Positions 26,993-38,430 of a stretch of 64,000 bases of DNA are shown in pieces. The number at the start of each line of letters is the position of its first letter. Position 1 is the stretch's first letter. The position numbers and the translations under genes were made by a program. A model generated the notes under the pieces. It saw only the letters and a program-made list of their open reading frames with translations, ran no database searches and was not told the origin of the DNA. Source of the stretch: Eledone cirrhosa (lineage: Eukaryota); assembly GCA_964016885.1 (NCBI GenBank), contig OZ024759.1:19592001-19656000 (forward strand), in the 5' to 3' direction.

Positions 26993-27124
26993 AGAAGTTA
27001 TATTTAATTTGTTGGAATTCCGACAAACATAAATGTTTATAACTGATATAGAGCACTCAACAGTGTACTGGAGTAAATATTCAAAGATATTAATAAATGG
27101 AAACCATATTTATGAAAACATATT

Positions 27125-27188
27125 TATTTTATTATATATATTTCAAGAGCAACCAACCCACCTTGGTGCGCTTTCATCAGATAAAATA
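27125..27188 (-). ncRNA. Type I hammerhead ribozyme (loop III TATATA)
   Basis: rc: TATTTTAT-CTGATGA-AAGCGCACCAA ggtggg TTGGTTGCTCTT-GAAA-TATATA-TA|ATAAAATA. Confidence 0.85.
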
Positions 27189-27315
27189 CAAAATTTATTT
27201 TATAAATAATGACATACCCATATATATATATTTACACTTTGTACTGCCTCTTCGCTTCATTTTTGTTTTCTGTACAAAGTGTAAATAATAGGTTCACGCT
27301 TGGGCGTAGGGTAGG

Positions 27316-27355
27316 GTGCGACGTTTCGGGCATAAGCCCTTCATCAGGAGAAAAG
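27316..27355 (-). ncRNA. Variant hammerhead-like core (A-GGGC family)
   Basis: rc: CTGATGA-A-GGGC-TTAT-GCCC-GAAA-CG-TC. Confidence 0.5.
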
Positions 27356-27436
27356 TGGGCAGGAAAAGAGTTCCGAGGGTGTGAAGGGGAGTGGTGGAAA
27401 GACATTAAAAAGTGGGGAGGAAAATACGATACATAC

Positions 27437-27563
27437 ATTGTTGTGCTCCATTATATCTTTGCGCCTGACAAGAGAGGCCGGAGGTCGGTTTTAGAATGGC
27501 TCTTCCACTATACTGTGTTGGCCATAACTGGACCCCTGCGAAATCTAAGGAGGTCACGCATAC
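27437..27563 (-). CDS. Candidate coding exon VCVTSLDFAGVQLWPTQYSGRAILKPTSGLSCQAQRYNGAQQ (phase 0-1)
   Basis: Unique sequence, CCCTTAACAG acceptor, T|GTATGT donor, open frame; 3' end identical to that of the exon at 35944-35989. Confidence 0.5.
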
Positions 27564-27636
27564 CTGTTAAGGGTTTTGAACATTAATATAAACTACATAG
27601 ACAGATAGATAGAAAGGTTTGTATGCGGATCCTTAA

Positions 27637-27857
27637 CCCTTTAGCATTTACATTAGTCTATATATACTATTGTATTTTCATGGTAAAGGCTTTACCTCAC
27701 GTAATTATTTCACATAATATCGAATCTATGGGATTTTGATATTATTTATTTTGAGATTAATACCTTAACATAAGTATGAGTGGCTGGTTCCGGGCGTTTT
27801 AAACAGAAAGAGGTGAGAGAATTCTGGCCGGATATGGCCAATTTAAATGCTAAAGGG
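27637..27857. mobile_element. piggyBac-like MITE with TTAA target-site duplication
   Basis: TTAA|CCCTTTAGCATTTA ... TAAATGCTAAAGGG|TTAA. Confidence 0.85.
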
Positions 27858-28247
27858 TTAAGTGTATGAACTTCAAGATAAACTAAATTGACAGATAGAT
27901 AGTAAGGTGTGTATGTGGATGCTTAACACCTGATGAAGTCGTATGGGGCACAAAGGAATTACGCAAACACAAACTGAGAAAATATAGAAAAAATATTTGA
28001 TTTGGAGATACATGGGTATCATTGCTGCTGCTGCGTGTGTGTGTGTATGTATATATATATATATAATAAAATGTGGAGAGGAGGCACACGAGTTAGAAAA
28101 AAGAGAGAGAGAGAGACAAAAAAAAAATGTTTTCTTCCTTATAATCGTCTCTGTCTCCCTATATATATATATATATATATAAAAGTAGCGAAACAAACGG
28201 TTATTAAACAATTTTCTAAATAAATTAAAAAATGATTAAATAATCAC

Positions 28248-28399
28248 CTGTTCAGATGCTGTTACCGACGGTTTCATCATTCCGAAAGATTGGAAATCCA
28301 ACGAATTTCCAATGGAAAGAAATGAATCTTCAGACAGCCCTATAAACAACTTGAATATTTCTACAAGTACATTGTACCTGTTGAAGTATCCATCCACTT
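28248..28399 (-). CDS. Candidate coding exon (E)VDGYFNRYNVLVEIFKLFIGLSEDSFLSIGNSLDFQSFGMMKPSVTASEQ (phase 1-0)
   Basis: Non-repetitive open frame, TATAG acceptor, CAG|GTGATT donor; phase-compatible with 29853-29928 and 27437-27563. One plus-strand frame is also open. Confidence 0.45.
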
Positions 28400-28447
<48 letters not shown>

Positions 28448-28494
28448 AAAGTTCTAATTAAATTGTTGGGATACAACAAGCAAATATTTTTATA

Positions 28495-28550
28495 AATGCG
28501 ACCATTTCTGTTGGAAGCTCCCGGGAGCTTCCAACAGAAATGGTCGCATT
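28495..28550. repeat. Perfect 56 bp palindrome at the 5' inversion junction of a hammerhead-bearing element
   Basis: AATGCGACCATTTCTGTTGGAAGCTCCC|GGGAGCTTCCAACAGAAATGGTCGCATT. Confidence 0.95.
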
Positions 28551-28595
28551 CGTTAAGGGTATGTCAATATTTATTTATAAAACTGATCTATATTA

Positions 28596-28660
28596 TATTT
28601 TATCTGATGAAAGCGCACCATAATTTGACTTGGTGTCCTTGAAATATGTATAATGAAATA
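28596..28660 (+). ncRNA. Type I hammerhead ribozyme (loop III TATGTA)
   Basis: TATTTTAT-CTGATGA-AAGCGCACCA taatttgact TGGTGTCCTT-GAAA-TATGTA-TA|ATGAAATA. Confidence 0.85.
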
Positions 28661-28843
28661 AATATGGTTTTATAAATATAGTTTCCATTTGTTAATATAT
28701 CGTATATATATATGGGGAGTGTGTGTGTAGTAAGATGTGATACCCTTCCCCTGTCGTATTTACACACAGTATGCAGAATACTGCTCTCCTCACTCCTTCA
28801 CTACCCAGGTACTTCTCCATCAGCCCATTGTTGATTATTATAC

Positions 28844-29797
28844 GTGGATTGGCAGTATCGGTAGAGGGTCTGACGCCATGCTTTGCAGCAAAGAGTTACA
28901 GCCCTTTACGGTCTGAGTTCAAATCTCGCCGAGGTTAACTTTGCCTTTCATCCTTACGGGGTCGATAAAATAAAGTACCAGTAATACACTGGGATAATTG
29001 CTGGCCTTGTGCCAAAAGTAGAAACAATTATTATTATAGATTGACAGTATCGGTAGAGCGCCGGACGCCATGCTTTGCGGCACAGAGTTATGTCCCTTTA
29101 CGTTCTGAGTTTAAATCCCGCTGAGGTTAACTTTGCCTTTCATCCTTACGGGGTCGATAAAATAAAGTACCAGTAATGTACTAGGTAATTGCTGGCTTTG
29201 TGCCAAAAGTAGAAACAATTATTATTATAGATTGACAGTATCGGTAGAGCGCCGGACGCCATGCTTTGCGGCACAGAGTTATGTCCCTTTACGTTCTGAG
29301 TTTAAATCCCGCTGAGGTTAACTTTGCCTTTCATTCTTACGGGGTCGATAAAATAAAGTACCAGTAATGTACTAGGTAATTGCTGGCTTTGTGCCAAAAG
29401 TAGAAACAATTATTATTATAGATTGACAGTATCGGTAGAGCGCCGGACGCCATGCTTTGCGGCACAGAGTTATGTCCCTTTACGTTCTGAGTTTAAATCC
29501 CGCTGAGGTTAACTTTGCCTTTCATTCTTACGGGGTCGATAAAATAAAGTACCAGTAATGTACTAGGTAATTGCTGGCTTTGTGCCAAAAGTAGAAACAA
29601 TTATTATTATAGATTGACAGTATCGGTAGAGCGCCGGACGCCATGCTTTGCGGCACAGAGTTATGTCCCTTTACGTTCTGAGTTTAAATCCCGCTGAGGT
29701 TAACTTTGCCTTTCATCCTTACGGGGTCGATAAAATAAAGCACCAGTAATACACTGGGATAATTGCTGGCCTTGGGCCAAAAGTAGAAACAATTATT
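28844..29797 (+). mobile_element. Head-to-tail array of five SINE family 1 copies (191 bp period)
   Basis: TTGACAG starts at 29041, 29232, 29423 and 29614, near-identical; the first copy at 28844 is more diverged. Confidence 0.95.
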
Positions 29798-29852
29798 ATA
29801 CACACACTATACACACATGCAATTCATCAGTCCAGTGTTTATATATACATAC

Positions 29853-29928
29853 CACACCCTACACATGTAAACATAGAGGCTGATGTTTTTTTGCGGACAG
29901 TGACAAAGACAGAGAGACGGGCTTCTTT
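29853..29928 (-). CDS. Candidate coding exon KEARLSVFVTVRKKTSASMFTCVGC (phase 0-1)
   Basis: Strong polypyrimidine acceptor GTTTTTCTGCACTTTTAG; G|GTATGT donor. Confidence 0.5.
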
Positions 29929-30014
29929 CTAAAAGTGCAGAAAAACACTCGAGAAAGGACAGACACAGACTGACATTCTGGCGGAAAGTAGGCACCGCCT
30001 ACTTGGGTCATTTT

Positions 30015-33000
30015 AGTGGTGTGGTTGTAGTGGTATGGTGGTGGTGTTAGTGTAGTGGTGTGGTGGTGGTGGTTGTGGTGGTTGTGGTGGTGGTGTTAGT
30101 CTAGTGGTGTGGTGGTGGTGGTTGTGGTGGTTGTGGTGTGGTGGTGGTGGTGGTGTGGTGGTGGTGGTATGGTGGTGGTGTTAGTGTAGTGGTGTGGTGG
30201 TGGTGGTTGTGGTGGTTGTGATGGTGGTGTTAGTCTAGTGGTGTGGTTGTGGTGGTATGGTGGTGGTGTTAGTGTAGTGGTGTGGTGGTGGTGGTTGTGG
30301 TGGTGGTGGTGGTGGTGTTAGTGTAGTGGTGTGGTGGTGGTGGTTGTGGTGGTTGTGGTGGTGGTGTTAGTCTAGTGGTGTGGTGGTGGTGGTTGTGGTG
30401 GTTGTGGTGGTGGTGTTAGTCTAGTGGTGTGGTTGTAGTGGTATGGTGGTGGTGTTAGTGTAGTGGTGTGGTGGTGGTGGTTGTGGTGGTTGTGGTGGTG
30501 GTGTTAGTCTAGTGGTGTGGTGGTGGTGGTTGTGGTGGTTGTGGTGTGGTGGTGGTGGTGGTGTGGTGGTGGTGGTATGGTGGTGGTGTTAGTGTAGTGG
30601 TGTGGTGGTGGTGGTTGTGGTGGTTGTGATGGTGGTGTTAGTCTAGTGGTGTGGTTGTGGTGGTATGGTGGTGGTGTTAGTGTAGTGGTGTGGTGGTGGT
30701 GGTTGTGGTGGTGGTGGTGGTGGTGTTAGTGTAGTGGTGTGGTGGTGGTGGTTGTGGTGGTTGTGGTGGTGGTGTTAGTCTCGTGGTGTGGTGGTGGTGG
30801 TTGTGGTGGTTGTGGTGGTGGTGTTAGTCTAGTGGTGTGGTTGTAGTGGTATGGTGGTGGTGTTAGTGTAGTGGTGTGGTGGTGGTGGTTGTGGTGGTTG
30901 TGGTGGTGGTGTTAGTGTAGTGGTGTGGTGGTGGTGGTATGGTGGTGGTGTTAGTCTAGTGGTGTGGTGGTGGTGGTTGTGGTGGTTGTGGTGGTGGTGT
31001 TAGTCTAGTGGTGTGGTTGTAGTGGTATGGTGGTGGTGTTAGTGTAGTGGTGTGGTGGTGGTGGTTGTGGTGGTTGTGGTGGTGGTGTTAGTGTAGTGGT
31101 GTGGTGGTGGTGGTTGTGGTGGTTGTGGTGGTGGTGTTAGTCTAGTGGTGTGGTTGTGGTGGTTGTGGTGTTAGTCTAGTGGTGTGGTGGTGGTGGTGGT
31201 GGTGGTGGTTGTTGTTGTGGTGGTTATAGTGGTGTGGTGCAGTGTGGTGGTGGTGGTTATAGTGGTGTGGTGCAGTGTGGTGGTGGTGGTTATAGTGGTG
31301 TGGTGCAGTGTGGTGGTGTTAGTGGTAGTGGCATGGTGATTGTGGTGGTGGTGTTAGTCTAGTGGTATGGTGGTGGTGTTAGTGTAGTGGTGTGGTGGTG
31401 GTGGTTGTGGTGGTTGTGATGGAGGTTGTAGGGTGGTGGTTATAGTGGTGTGGTGTAGTGTGGTGGTGTTAGTGGTAGTGGCATGGTGATTGTGGTGGTG
31501 GTGTTAGTCTAGTGGTGTGGTGGTGGTGTTAGTGTAGTGGTGTGGTGGTGGTGGTTGTGGTGGTTGTGGTGGTGGTGTTAGTCTAGTGGTGTGGTTGTGG
31601 TGGTGGTGGTGGTGGTTATAGTGGTGTGGTGCAGTGTGGTGGTGGTAGTGGCATGGTGATTGTGGTGGTGGTGTTAGTCTAGTGGTGTGGTGGTGGTGGT
31701 GGTGGTGTTAGTCTAGTGGTGTGGTGGTGGTGGTGGTGTTAGTCTAGTGGTGTGGTGGTGGTGGTGGTGGTGTTAGTCTAGTGGTGTGGTGGTGGTTGTT
31801 GTGATGGAGGTACTGGTGTTGGTGGTTATAGTGGTGTGGTGTAGTGTGGTGGTGGTGGTTATAGTGGTGTGGTGCAGTGTGGTGGTGTTAGTGGTAGTGG
31901 CATGGTGATTGTGGTGGTGGTGTTAGTCTAGTGGTGTGGTGGTGGTTGTTGTTGTTGTGGTGGTGGTGGTGGTTATAGTGGTGTGGTGCAGTGTGGTGGT
32001 GTTAGTGGTAGTGGCATGGTGATTGTGGTGGTGGTGTTAGTCTAGTGGTGTGGTGGTGGTTGTTGTTGTTGTTGTGGTGGTGGTGGTGGTTATAGTGGTG
32101 TGGTGCAGTGTGGTGGTGTTAGTGGTAGTGGCATGGTGATTGTGGTGGTGGTGTTAGTCTAGTGGTGTGGTGGTGGTTGTTGTTGTTGTGGTGGTGGTGG
32201 TGGTGGTTATAGTGGTGTGGTGCAGTGTGGTGGTGTTAGTGGCATGGTGATTGTGGTGGTGGTGTTAGTTGTTGTTGTTGTGGTGGTGGTTATAGTGGTG
32301 TGGTGCAGTGTGGTGGTGTTAGTGGTAGTGGCATGGTGATTGTGGTGGTGGTGTTAGTCTAGTGGTGTGGTGGTGGTTGTTGTTGTGGTGGTGGTGGTGG
32401 TGGTGGTGGTTATAGTGGTGTGGTGTGGTGTAGTGTGGTGGTGGTGGTTATAGTGGTGTGGTGGTGTTAGTGGTAGTGGCATGGTGATTGTGGTGGTGGT
32501 GTTAGTCTAGTGGTGTGGTGGTGGTTGTTGTTGTTGTGGTGGTGGTTGTGGTTATAGTGGTGGTGTTAGTGGCATGGTGATTGTGGTGGTTGTTGTTGTT
32601 GTTGTTGTGGTGGTGGTTATAGTGGTGTGGTGGTGTTGGTGGTGGTGTTAGTCTAGTGGTAGTGGTTGTTGTTGTGGTGGTGGTGGTGGTGGTGGTGTTA
32701 GTGGTAGTGGCATGGTGATTGTGGTGGTGGTGTTAGTGGCATGGTGATGGTGGTGGTGGTGTTAGTGGTAGTGGCATGGTGATTGTGGTGGTGGTGTTAG
32801 TGGCATGGTGATGGTGGTGGTGGTGTTAGTGGTAGTGGCATGGTGATTGTGGTGGGTGGTGTTAGTGGCATGGTGATGGTGGTGGTGGTGGTGATGTTAG
32901 TGGTAGTGGCATGGTGATTGTGGTTGTGGAGGTTGTAGTGGTCGTATGGTGGTGGCGATAGTGGTTATTGTGATGGAGGTACTGGTGGTGGTGTTAATGG

Positions 33001-33035
33001 TTGTAGTGGTGTTAGTGGTAGTGGCATGGTGGTGG
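30015..33035. repeat. (GGT/GTG)n-derived compound minisatellite with GTTAGTCTAGT and GTTAGTGTAGT spacers
   Basis: Direct reading. Confidence 0.95.
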
Positions 33036-33229
33036 TTAAGACAGGGACTTCTATTGTATACCTTGTTGACACAACACCCTCCCCCCCCCCTCTATCTCTC
33101 ACCATACGTAATATAGAAGTAGAACAACTAGAACAAGAATTTGAAAGCCATAAAGGCATAACGGTAAAACTGGGTCATCTCCCCCTTTCTCTTATTCTTT
33201 GGAAAGTTGTTCCTGATTTCCGTCGTGTG

Positions 33230-33950
33230 TTGTAGTGGTGGTGGTGGCGGTGGTGGTAGTGTCTTGTTGTTATGGTGGTGGTGGTGGGTAATGTGTGTTG
33301 TGGTAGTGGTGGTGGTGGTGTCTTGTTGTTATGGTGGTGGGTAATGTGTGTTGTGGTAGTCGTGGTAGTGTCTTGTTATGGTGGTGGGTAATGTGTGTTG
33401 TGGTAGTGGTGGTAGTGTCTTGTTATGGTGGTGGGTAATGTGTGTTGTGGTAGTGGTGGTAGTGTCTTGTTATGGTGGTGGGTAATGTGTGTTGTGGTAG
33501 TGTCTTGTTATGGTGGTGGTGGGTAATGTGTGTTGTGGTGGTGGTGGTGGTGGGTAATGTGTGTTGTGGAGGTGGTGGTAGTGTCTTGTTATGGTGGTGG
33601 TGGTGGGTAATGTGTGTTGTGGTGGTGTCTTGTTATGGTGGTGGTGGGTAATGTGTGTTGTGGTAGTGGTGGTGGTGGTGTCTTGTTATGGTGGTGGGTA
33701 ATGTGTGTTGTGGTGGTGGTGGTAGTCTTATTGTGGTGGTGGTGGTGGTAGTCTTGTTGTTATGGTGGTGGTGGGTAATGTGTGTTGTGGTAGTGGTGGT
33801 GGTGGTGTCTTGTTATGGTGGTGGTGGTGGTGGGTAATGTGTTGTGGTGGTGGTGGTGGGTAATGTGTGTTGTGGTGGTGGTGTACGGCGACGGTGGTAG
33901 TGGGTAATGTGTGGTGTGGTGTGGTGTGTGGTGGTGGTAGTAGCTGGAAG
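33230..33950. repeat. G/T-rich minisatellite (GTCTTGTTATGGTGGTGGGTAATGTGTGTTGTGG)
   Basis: Direct reading. Confidence 0.9.
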
Positions 33951-34239
33951 TAATGGTGGTAAGTAAGGTAGGGTGGTGTGATAGTGGTGTTGTCAAAGGT
34001 AGGCTTGGTTACGCATAAGTGCTTTCTCTTCTATCTCCTATAACTACCCAGACACAACACAATATTTGTATGTTTATATAAATATATATATTTATATATA
34101 TATATATATGCAGAAGTTATTTAATTTGTTGGGATTCAACAAGCTTAAAAGTTTTATAACTGATATAAAGCACTCAACAGTTACTGGAGTAAGTATTCAA
34201 TATATTAATAAATGGAAACTATATTTATAAAACCATAAT

Positions 34240-34304
34240 TATTTTATTATATATATTTCAAGGGCAACCAAGGCAATTTTGGTGCATTTTCATCAGATAG
34301 AATA
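34240..34304 (-). ncRNA. Type I hammerhead ribozyme (loop III TATATA)
   Basis: rc: TATTCTAT-CTGATGA-AAATGCACCAA aattgcc TTGGTTGCCCTT-GAAA-TATATA-TA|ATAAAATA. Confidence 0.8.
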
Positions 34305-34440
34305 CAAAATGTTTTATAAATGTTGACATACCCGTAGAAAAACAACCTTAACGGTTGCAAGTTCGCTGGATAGTCATATATATATATATTTAACACTTCA
34401 CTGCTCACAAGTGTTTTTTAAGCTTCATATCATGTCTCCC

Positions 34441-34511
34441 TATTTGATCTGATGAGAACGCAGATATCATCCCATGATGATATTTGTTTTTTAAATGCGC
34501 ATAATGAAATA
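34441..34511 (+). pseudogene. Degenerate hammerhead of the TGCGCA family (core GAAA mutated to TAAA)
   Basis: CTGATGA-gaacGCAGATATCATC ccat GATGATATTTGT-TAAA-TGCGCA-TA; paralogue of 26426-26496. Confidence 0.75.
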
Positions 34512-34751
34512 CTTGGAACTCTTTTAACCATCTTTTGACCTTATATTATATATATATGAGAGAGAGAAAGAAAGATTTATGGTACCCATTTACGTGTGTT
34601 GTATTGAGGCAAATAACTTTGTCTCCTCTGGGATTTTTACATAACCTTACCTATTGAGTACGCTGAGATGCAACCGGTACTAGCAGAGAAACTCTAGTCC
34701 AGTCAACTTATATATATATATATATTAATAAAATAGATGTTCTTTTGATCA

Positions 34752-34814
34752 ATTACATTTTATTATACATATTTCGGATGTACAACAGTACGTCCTCATC
34801 AGACAAAATATAAT
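34752..34814 (-). ncRNA. Type I hammerhead ribozyme with compact stem II
   Basis: rc: ATTATATTTTGT-CTGATGA-GGACGTAC tgtt GTACATCC-GAAA-TATGTA-TA|ATAAAATGTAAT (12 bp stem I including G-U pairs). Confidence 0.88.
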
Positions 34815-34992
34815 GATACGCGACATACCCTGAGATGCTAAATGGTTAAGATTTAATCAAGGTAGTATAATATTCCCCCCCCCCCACATATATATATATA
34901 TGGGGGGGGGGGGTAATATTAAATATCCACTTACAAGTATGAAAATAGCTGAATGTAAAGTAACTACTATATTACAGAATTACTTTATAAAT

Positions 34993-35180
34993 AGTTGTTT
35001 CTACTTTTGGCACAAGGCCAACAATTATCCCAGTGCATTACTGGTACTTTATTTTATCGACCCCGTAAGGATGAAAGGCAAAGTTAACCTCGGCGGGATT
35101 TGAACTCAGAACGTGAAGGGCCTTAACTCCTATGCTGCAAAGCATGGCGTCAGACCCTCTACCGATACTGCCAGTCCACT
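34993..35180 (-). mobile_element. SINE family 1
   Basis: Reverse-complement consensus match. Confidence 0.9.
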
Positions 35181-35229
35181 GAAATAATGAAAGAATGTTT
35201 AAAACATTTAATCACTTACGATATATATG

Positions 35230-35300
<71 letters not shown>

Positions 35301-35357
35301 TATTTAGATTTGAGTGTATGTGTATGTATATATATATGTATATATATATATATATAT

Positions 35358-35542
35358 AACGGAGGAAATGTGGTAAGGAACCAGGTGGACCATCACGCAC
35401 CAAAGTACTCAATACTTCGGGTAGTAGAGTGGATAATAGGAACAAGTAAGACCCCAACGGCTGAGCTCAAGCCGTTTCGACGGCTAATTCTGGACTGAAT
35501 TAGCCGTCGAAACGGCTTGAGCTCAGCCGTCGGGGTCTTGTT

Positions 35543-35548
<6 letters not shown>
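35358..35548. mobile_element. (TA)n-inserted element with fold-back; carries a 3' half-hammerhead GAAA-CGGCT-TGAGCTC-AGCCG-TC
   Basis: Inverted arms 35448-35490 and 35497-35539; family also at 43285-43506, 51813-51925 and 53890-54040. Confidence 0.7.
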
Positions 35549-35597
<49 letters not shown>

Positions 35598-35685
35598 TTT
35601 AGATTTGAGTGTATGTGTATATATATATATATATATGTATGTGTATATATATATATATATATGAGAGAAATTTAGATTTGAGTGC

Positions 35686-35722
<37 letters not shown>

Positions 35723-35863
35723 CACAGGCATAAATATATATGTATGTATATATTTATAACAATTTAGGTGTATTAAAGCAAGAGTTTGTAAAGTTCGTTA
35801 TGAACTTTACAAACTTGCTATAACGCCATTCATGTATGTACTGTGTGTGTATATATATGTATG

Positions 35864-35908
<45 letters not shown>

Positions 35909-35943
35909 ATATACACACACATATACATACATACCATACATAC

Positions 35944-35989
35944 ATTGTTGTGCTCCATTATATTTCATTGCACACATTTCTGTTGCATT
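35944..35989 (-). CDS. Candidate coding exon NATEMCAMKYNGAQQ (phase 0-1)
   Basis: CTTATATCTTAG acceptor, T|GTATGT donor; 28 nt identical to the 27437 exon end and donor. Confidence 0.5.
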
Positions 35990-36045
35990 CTAAGATATAA
36001 GTGGAATTTATATTATACATATATATATGTATATATGTGTGTGTG

Positions 36046-36095
<50 letters not shown>

Positions 36096-36815
36096 GTGTG
36101 TGTGTGTATATATATATATTACATGTGTGTGTATATATTACATGTGTGTATATATTACTTATACACGTGCATTGATGCCTGAACGTTGACACAATTAGAC
36201 GTGCAGACATCGTCTCTTTCTTTCTCTCCTACTTCCATAACATCTTACATAACAAGACTCCCTTTCTTTCCCTTTTTACCCCTCTCTCTCTATATATATA
36301 TATATATATATCTCTCTCACTCACTCTCTCACTATTTCTCTCTTCTTTCTATTGTTTTACGCTCTCGTTTTCTATTATTACATCTTTCCCCCTCTCTCTC
36401 TCAATCTATCTCTGCCCCCCCCCCCCTCCCCTCTCATTCTCTTTCTGCTCCTCTCTCTCTCTCATTTTCTCTGCCCCTCTTTCTCACTCTGCCTTTTCCT
36501 CTCTGCCTTCTCTTTGTTCCTCTCTCATTCTGCCGTTCTCTCTCACATTCTGTCTTTTCCCCATCCCTCCCCCTCTCTATCTCCAATCTCTTCCTCTCTC
36601 ACTGCTTCTCTTTCTCCCCCTCCTCCTCCCTCTCTACCCCATCTGTCTCTCTATGTTATGTTGTCGTACATGAAATTTACCAAAATTCTTTCGTTAGACA
36701 ATTCCGGTATGTTTTTCTTTTTTTCTTTACAAAAAAAAATAATAATAATAACAATAATAATATCTAAACATAAATACAAAACCAATAACCATGTTTATAG
36801 AATCATAATCGAAGT

Positions 36816-36847
<32 letters not shown>

Positions 36848-38047
36848 GATATTCTTGTTGCTAAACACTCTTCGTCTATGTAACATGTAAATATATTTCC
36901 GTCTAATGCCGTATATTTTATCGTCGTCTTTTTAGATTTTAGGGTTTAAAAGTTCGTTATGGAACTCGTCCGACCTTCTGGCATCGTTTAAAGCAACACT
37001 GCTTCTTTTAATTATTACCGTTTTTTTCTTCTTCTTCTTGTTCTTCTTCTTCATCTTCATCTTCTTGTGACCGACTCCCGCTCGACTCTTTGTTTGAAAT
37101 TTTGTCTTGTAACGTTCGTTCGTCACCTCATATTTTCTTTGTAACTCTCTCTCTCTCTCTCTCTCTCTATGGCATTGTATGTATGTATGTATATATGTAT
37201 ATGTATGTATGTCTCTCTCTCTGCCTGTCTGTCGATATGGCATGGTATATATATATATATACATATATATATATGTCTCGCTCTCTCTGCCTGTCTGTCT
37301 ATATGGCATGGTATGTCCATATAGACAGACAGGCAGAGAGAACGAGACATATATATATATATATATATATATATGTCTAGCTCTCTCTGCCTGTCTGTCT
37401 ATATGGCATGGTATGTATATACATGTGTATATGTGTCTGTCTATCTATGACATGAAGAAACATATCTATCTATAACATGACATCGTCTGTCTGTGTGGCT
37501 CTGTGTTTGGCATGCTATGTATGTATGTCATATGTATATACGACATTCGAGGTTAACTTTGCCTTTCATCCTTACGGGGTCGATAAAATAAAGTACCAGT
37601 AATGTACTGGTTAATTTCTGGCCTTGTGCCAAAAAGTAGAAACAATTATATATATATATGTGTGTAGATCCATCTGTTCTGCATGACATGGTATGTATGC
37701 ATCTATTAATGTGTGTTTGTGCATGTATGCCTCTGTATATATGTATATATATATATATATATATATAATGTGTGTGTTTGTGCATATATGCCTGTGTGTA
37801 TATATATATATGCCTGTGTGTATATATATATATGCCTGTGTGTATTTTATCGTAACCAAAAAGCGACATCAGTAACTCGGGGGCTTGGCATTTCGTCGTT
37901 AAGGGCAATCAGTTTGATAAGTCAAGTCCCCTTAACCGGCATGGCTTTGTATGTAATTAAGGAGTTCACCTTGCAACCACATGGCTCTGGTTTGGGTCCC
38001 CACTGCGCCAAACCCTTGCTAGCAGCGAACGCGAAGGTTAAAACGGC

Positions 38048-38078
<31 letters not shown>

Positions 38079-38430
38079 TGTAGTTCCTAGTGCAAGCCTC
38101 GGGTTGACCAATGGCTTGCTTGTGGGATTTCGTAGACTGAGACTGCAAAAGCCAGTCATATGTGTCTGTCTGTTGTCTGTGTGTGTTTATGTCCCGTAAC
38201 ATAGCGGTTCGACAGAAAAGAGATCGTTAAAATTACTACTGTCAGATCTTTGGGAAAATATGTACCGATGCCTGATATGACAGTCTAAATCAGGGCGTTG
38301 CCCCCGCATGGCCGCAGTCTAATGCCGGAAACCAGTAAAAGAATATACACACATACATACATTAAATATATATATATATGTATATATTCTTATTTGTTGT
38401 GCTCATAATTTTGGCATTTATTATACTGGC

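Noticed and set aside
27929-27970. CTGATGA as another hammerhead (also 20802, 39935, 47815 and 53779)
   Set aside because: No stem II followed by GAAA and no stem I pairing at a suitable distance.
33040-33235. Unique island between G/T arrays as an exon (minus FTVMPLWLSNSCSSCSTSILRM; plus NIEVEQLEQEFESHKG)
   Set aside because: Good minus-strand donor (GTGAGA) but a purine-rich acceptor, and both strands are open, so the strand cannot be decided; not listed as a feature.
35777-35819. AT-rich hairpin as a pre-miRNA or terminator
   Set aside because: Too short and isolated; most simply a local micro-inversion like the many others in the window.
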